From positions 32,001-96,000 of the forward strand of contig CAVQBK010000003.1 in NCBI GenBank assembly GCA_963710755.1: a stretch of 64,000 bases of DNA, read 5' to 3'. Shown piece by piece: positions 59,754 through 64,000 of this stretch. Position 1 is the first letter of the stretch, and every line of letters begins with the position of its first letter. The notes under the pieces are model-generated. The model was given only the letters and a program-made list of their open reading frames with translations, was not told the DNA's origin and searched no databases. A program made the translations under genes and the position numbers. This DNA comes from an uncultured bacterium (GTDB lineage: Bacteria; Oederibacteriota; JAAXVQ01; JAUVAV01).

Positions 59754-61091
59754 TTACGCCGATCCCCATAGCGACCGCCAGCGGCGGCGAGTCGGTCTGC
59801 GCCATTTCCGAGGTTGGGCAAAAAGTTCCGGGTAGTGTTGTTTTAATAGCCTGAGAGATGGCAGCAAAGCTCCTGGCAAGGACAGCTTTGATCCGTTTTC
59901 CAGGGTAAACTTCAAACTCCCTTGGCCGGCGTATAACCGCGATAACAGCGGCAGGTATTCTTCCACCATGACCTTTTGCCGCGCTAGGGATACCTGTCCA
60001 AGTTGGGTTGTCAACTGCTGGAGCAGGTGCCGCCCTAAAACCAGCCTCAAAGGCATTGGCAGCAATCGGAACCCAGGATTAACTGTCGCGGTCAGGGCAG
60101 TGACCAGCAAGAGAGATGGCCAAGGCTTGATCTCAGCTTGTTGGTGGGCCCAAAAAAGCACCCTTAAAACCATAGCGATCATCATTCCTTGTTGACCTGA
60201 CCCCTTGGCTGGATTGGTGCTCACAAGGCCCGGCCACCACATGGGCACGGTCAGGATCCATAGACTTTGATCCTGGCTGCGCTGCAAGCCAATCCCCCAG
60301 CCTTGGCGGATACGAATGCGCCCGGCCAGGTCCAGGGCATGGTCCCCGTCCGTGCGGCCAAAAAGCAAAGGAAATTGCTTGGCCATCCTGCCGATCACAT
60401 GCCCTTCCAGATAGTCCTGACCGATACGGCCCGGGCCCAACAACTCGCGCAGGCCGGGCAGTTGCTCCGGGGTTTTCAGCGCCTCGGCATGAATGCGCAA
60501 GGCCAGATGGAGCAAGTTGTGCGATTGCAGGCCTGCCAGACCCAGGGCCGTGGCCAGCACAGGCGTCAGGGTAAAAGCCCCTGCCGCCAAAGTCAACGTG
60601 AGATTGAAAAGGCTCAGGCCCATGGCCCAAAGCGCATTCTTCTTTTCCCCGGGGGAAAGCGCTTGCCAGCTCAAACGGCCGCCTTTAAACAAATGAGCCG
60701 GCGCGAAGAGCAGCCAATAAACCGCGTTGCTGGTCAGCAAGGTGGCGGCCACCTGCGGAGCTGTCATCCACCCGGCCAGACCCGCCGCCAAGGTAAACGC
60801 CTGCGCGGCCAGCAGGGGCAGGCCTTCGAGCCACCAGGCGTTCTCCTGGTAGCGCTTACTGGTCCAGCTCCAATGGATAGCGGTCCAAGTTTTCAACCAC
60901 GGCATCATACCACCAGTGAGCTGATTTTCCTGTTCCTGTTGCACCCCTGCTTTTTTAAGCAACATGGAAAACCAAGAGTTCTTTAAAACCTCAGAGTCTA
61001 TATTCTTCAAGTTTTGATAGCGTTCTTCCGCGAAGTATTCTTCGGTCCAGTTCTGCGAATTCCTTATCGCGCGAGCTCTACATCTTGCCAA
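59754..61091 (-). CDS. C-terminal membrane segment of the frameshifted large protein (or a separate membrane protein)
   Basis: Several TM helices and an Arg-rich end; no good RBS or start; overlaps the end of the upstream ORF. Confidence 0.5.
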   Translation of the reverse strand: MARCRARAIRNSQNWTEEYFAEERYQNLKNIDSEVLKNSWFSMLLKKAGVQQEQENQLTGGMMPWLKTWTAIHWSWTSKRYQENAWWLEGLPLLAAQAFTLAAGLAGWMTAPQVAATLLTSNAVYWLLFAPAHLFKGGRLSWQALSPGEKKNALWAMGLSLFNLTLTLAAGAFTLTPVLATALGLAGLQSHNLLHLALRIHAEALKTPEQLPGLRELLGPGRIGQDYLEGHVIGRMAKQFPLLFGRTDGDHALDLAGRIRIRQGWGIGLQRSQDQSLWILTVPMWWPGLVSTNPAKGSGQQGMMIAMVLRVLFWAHQQAEIKPWPSLLLVTALTATVNPGFRLLPMPLRLVLGRHLLQQLTTQLGQVSLARQKVMVEEYLPLLSRLYAGQGSLKFTLENGSKLSLPGALLPSLRLLKQHYPELFAQPRKWRRPTRRRWRSLWGSA

Positions 61092-62260
61092 AATAATCTA
61101 ACCTTATCCGGCGTTTTGCTGGCCCAGCGGTTAAGCGTTTGCTGTAATACTATTCCAATTTCTCCAACAGAGTAAGCCTTAAAATACTTCGGAAAAGCAT
61201 TACGCGCCCAAAGCCATTCTTGCATTAAGTTGGCCAAGCTGGCAGGATCAAGCTTAGGTAAAATGTGTTCCATCAACATCTTTTGGGGCAAGAGCGAGGC
61301 CCAACGGCTGGGCATAAAATTGATAGTGCTGCAAAACGCCAACAGGGGATCAAGGTGTAATCCCGCCAAATCGACGGTCACATTTTTTAATATCTTTACC
61401 AAAATCTCAGGATCTTTTTGGGTCAATGTTTCTAAAATGGGGGGCTGCTGCTTCGAAATGTTGCCCATCATATCAAAGCCGATAAGGCGCAAATGCGCTT
61501 GTCCCGGAAAAGCGATGAATTTATAAAAGGCTTTATCATCACTGTGGTAAAGTAATTCCAATAATTGAATGATTTTGGGGTTTTCCAAGGGCCCCACATA
61601 CTGCGTCACCCACTGGTTGACCTTTTCTATTTCACTTTGATCAATGACTTTTTCCTTGGTGAAATCAAGGGTGGGTAATTGATAACGAAAAAGCCATAAG
61701 TTGACCAGGGCCATAATCAGATCATGATTATCCCGGGTGATCAATTCAGGGTGCTGATTTCTTAAAAATTCCAAGGGTTCTTCGATTTCCTGGCTGATCT
61801 TCATCGGTTCTTCAGGATTGTCGATCCATTGGTTGATATGGCTTTCCAGGTCTTTCCTTTCTCTTTCCACTCGTTTTTTATAACTGTCCAACCAAGACAC
61901 GACTTTCCGGTAAAGCTTTATTTTTTCTTCCTCACCATCGACAGAGCCGGGGCTTTCGCAGTACTTTTCCACAATAGATGTTTGGGCTTGGTCCGTCACA
62001 TCATCGGCAAAGACCCGCCCCGAATTGCCATCAACCGTCACCAGGTAACCAACCTTGGTTTTGACATTTTGTTTTTCAAATTTAATATATTCATCACCCG
62101 CTTTAAAATTGAAGGATGACGATTTCCCCAGGCCCAAGACACAGGGACGCAGTTCATGGGATTCACGCAACAAGGCTGAGGCATGGGAAAACTCAGCTCC
62201 TGATTTTTCCAGCACGGCCACACAATAAGGATTGTTAATCAACTCATCATGAATCTTTTT
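61064..62260 (-). CDS. Middle segment: second half of the PEP-utiliser phospho-His swivel domain plus a helical region
   Basis: G..FSHASALLRES..RPCVLG and VTVDGNSG.V; continues the 62247 ORF across a frameshift at A5. Confidence 0.65.
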   Translation of the reverse strand, partial: KKIHDELINNPYCVAVLEKSGAEFSHASALLRESHELRPCVLGLGKSSSFNFKAGDEYIKFEKQNVKTKVGYLVTVDGNSGRVFADDVTDQAQTSIVEKYCESPGSVDGEEEKIKLYRKVVSWLDSYKKRVERERKDLESHINQWIDNPEEPMKISQEIEEPLEFLRNQHPELITRDNHDLIMALVNLWLFRYQLPTLDFTKEKVIDQSEIEKVNQWVTQYVGPLENPKIIQLLELLYHSDDKAFYKFIAFPGQAHLRLIGFDMMGNISKQQPPILETLTQKDPEILVKILKNVTVDLAGLHLDPLLAFCSTINFMPSRWASLLPQKMLMEHILPKLDPASLANLMQEWLWARNAFPKYFKAYSVGEIGIVLQQTLNRWASKTPDKVRLFWQDVELAR

Positions 62261-64000
62261 CCGACCGCTCCACCACCAGTACAAATGGTTCTCTACGATC
62301 GGCATAGTCCATGGCCTGACGCTTGGTGAACACCACACGGCCGGCTTTGATACCCACGGCCGCACCCTGACCCACAGCCGCCAAGGCATGGTCAATTTCA
62401 TCAGGCAAGCGCGGTGCTCTTAAGGACCGTTCCATCCAGATCAAGGTACTTATATCAATGTTTTCAAAAAGGTCTTCCATATTGATAAGCTTGTGATTTA
62501 ACATATGGCGTATCACTTTGATCTTAGCTTCCGGATAAAGTTTCTTACCTGCACTTCTGACCTGTAAAATATAGAGCTTGCCGTCTTCCACGGTGAACTC
62601 AACATCAACCACGTTCTTTAATTGGGTTTCAAAAAATTTAACCCAATGCTGCAATTCGTTATAGACAGCTTCACCAATTTCTTCTTTTAATTGATTAATA
62701 CCATCAGGCGTGACCAAACCGCCCACAATGGCCTGGCCACTGCGGGCTCTTTTCCAGTTGCCGGTCATGCGATTGTCACCGGTTTTAAAATCACGGGAAT
62801 AAACCACACCGGCCCCGGAGTTGTCGTTCTTGCCGCCAAAAACCATTTTCTGGACGGTCACACCCGTACCGGTATTGGGTACATTGAAGCGCTCGCGGTA
62901 GTCTATGACTTCCTTGTCATTCCAAGAATTCATGACCCGCTCGGTAGCGACAGCAAGTTGTTGGTGAACATCTTGGGGAAATTCAAAGCCATGGAGCTTG
63001 ATTTGTTCTTTAAACTCCTCAATCAGCCGTTGCGAATCTGCTTTTTTAAAATAATTGCCCTGCATCTCTTCTGCCATTAGGCCGCGCAATGCTTCAAATT
63101 CCTTGGGATCAATGCCAAAAACCTTGGTGGCAAAGCCTTCGATGGCTGTGGAATAGACGTACCAGGCATAATTCTCATTGTCCCATTGTTTGGCTAGGCC
63201 GTTTACGGTTTCATCGTTTAAACCGAGAAAAAAGACGGTTTCCATCATGCCCGGCATGGAAGTGTCCGCGCCGGAGCGTACGGATACCAAGAGGGGATTA
63301 TCCTTGTCTCCAAACGTTTGGCCTGTATCTTGGTTCAACTGACGTATGCCCCGTTTCAAGGCGGCTTTGTGGGCGAGCAGCAACTTGCCTCTATTGGCAA
63401 TCACCTCCAGGGAAGCTTTGGCGCGCATGACAAAGCCCGGCGGTACCGGTGCCCCCCATAGGCACATGTTGATCAATCCCCGTCCTTTACCGCCGGCGTC
63501 TTTCAAAAAGGCTTCATTAATTTTTGTTTTCATACTCTGATGAAAATTAACTATAAGCGGTATTTTTTTGGAAAGACGGACATGGATAGTCCCTAGTGCG
63601 CCTATGAGCCAAGGCAAAAATTTAAATAAAAACACCAGACCCAGTGCGGCTTCAAAAACCGCTTGCTTTCCATCTGGCGCTTTGCCAGCCAAAACCTTTC
63701 GGCCATCGGTCAGACTAAGAGGAATAAAATTAATCACCGCCAGCAGGGCATTCACCGTCATAGTGAGATGTAACCATAATAAAACCACACCCAGCGGTTG
63801 AAAACTAAGGATGCTTATAAAGGCCGCGGCCGCCAGGCCCGCATTGGCAGCCGGACCGGCCAAAGCCACCAGGCGTACATGATTAATATTCTTTAATTTT
63901 TTCTCATTGATGGGCATGGGTTTAAGCATGGCTAAAATAGGCCACCCGAAAAGATAATGCATGGCTGCCAATGCCAAAGGCAACACGATGGTGCCCGGCA
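62247..64000 (-). CDS. 5'-truncated mosaic protein: M50-like membrane segment + PPDK nucleotide-binding domain
   Basis: Frame open at the window edge; VALAGP..N and NFIP...DG (M50-like); GGKG, PVPPGF, PLLVSVRSGA..SMPGMM.T, VQ.MVFG, DVEFTVE.GKLYILQ.R. Confidence 0.75.
   Translation of the reverse strand, partial: PGTIVLPLALAAMHYLFGWPILAMLKPMPINEKKLKNINHVRLVALAGPAANAGLAAAAFISILSFQPLGVVLLWLHLTMTVNALLAVINFIPLSLTDGRKVLAGKAPDGKQAVFEAALGLVFLFKFLPWLIGALGTIHVRLSKKIPLIVNFHQSMKTKINEAFLKDAGGKGRGLINMCLWGAPVPPGFVMRAKASLEVIANRGKLLLAHKAALKRGIRQLNQDTGQTFGDKDNPLLVSVRSGADTSMPGMMETVFFLGLNDETVNGLAKQWDNENYAWYVYSTAIEGFATKVFGIDPKEFEALRGLMAEEMQGNYFKKADSQRLIEEFKEQIKLHGFEFPQDVHQQLAVATERVMNSWNDKEVIDYRERFNVPNTGTGVTVQKMVFGGKNDNSGAGVVYSRDFKTGDNRMTGNWKRARSGQAIVGGLVTPDGINQLKEEIGEAVYNELQHWVKFFETQLKNVVDVEFTVEDGKLYILQVRSAGKKLYPEAKIKVIRHMLNHKLINMEDLFENIDISTLIWMERSLRAPRLPDEIDHALAAVGQGAAVGIKAGRVVFTKRQAMDYADRREPFVLVVERSEKDS

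Overview
Gene-dense bacterial chromosome segment of roughly 50% GC from a diderm organism. The PorV-like gene, CTD-bearing proteins with Thr-Pro linkers and minimal MlaEFD suggest a poorly characterised candidate-phylum lineage; this is inference only. From left to right: a GT-C membrane glycosyltransferase cluster (NHL protein, TIGR03663-like, DUF2298/YYY, DUF2723-like), SpoIID, an unexplained ~375-nt highly structured RNA with its own terminator, a GAF kinase, HtpX, a TPR protein, KtrAB, NSS and CCC transporters, trpS, PorV plus a 1967-aa malectin/GH144-like secreted enzyme, an HI0933 flavoprotein, PepF, an AT-rich island bracketed by a dead and a live copy of a methyltransferase 3' end, a CmoA/CmoB-like pair with an altered active site, a kamA / 2x ATP-grasp / GNAT / GNAT-HDAC operon preceded by a Thr/Ile/Pro micro-ORF, MlaEFD, a 246-bp x4.2 palindromic tandem array, a PAS kinase / HDOD / HD relay, tRNA-fMet, and the 3' part of a frameshifted mosaic membrane protein carrying a truncated PPDK module. 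The strongest novelty candidates are the beta-lysine ligation/acetylation operon with its leader peptide, the orphan structured RNA and the PPDK-module protein. All calls come from reading motifs by eye; no database search was run.
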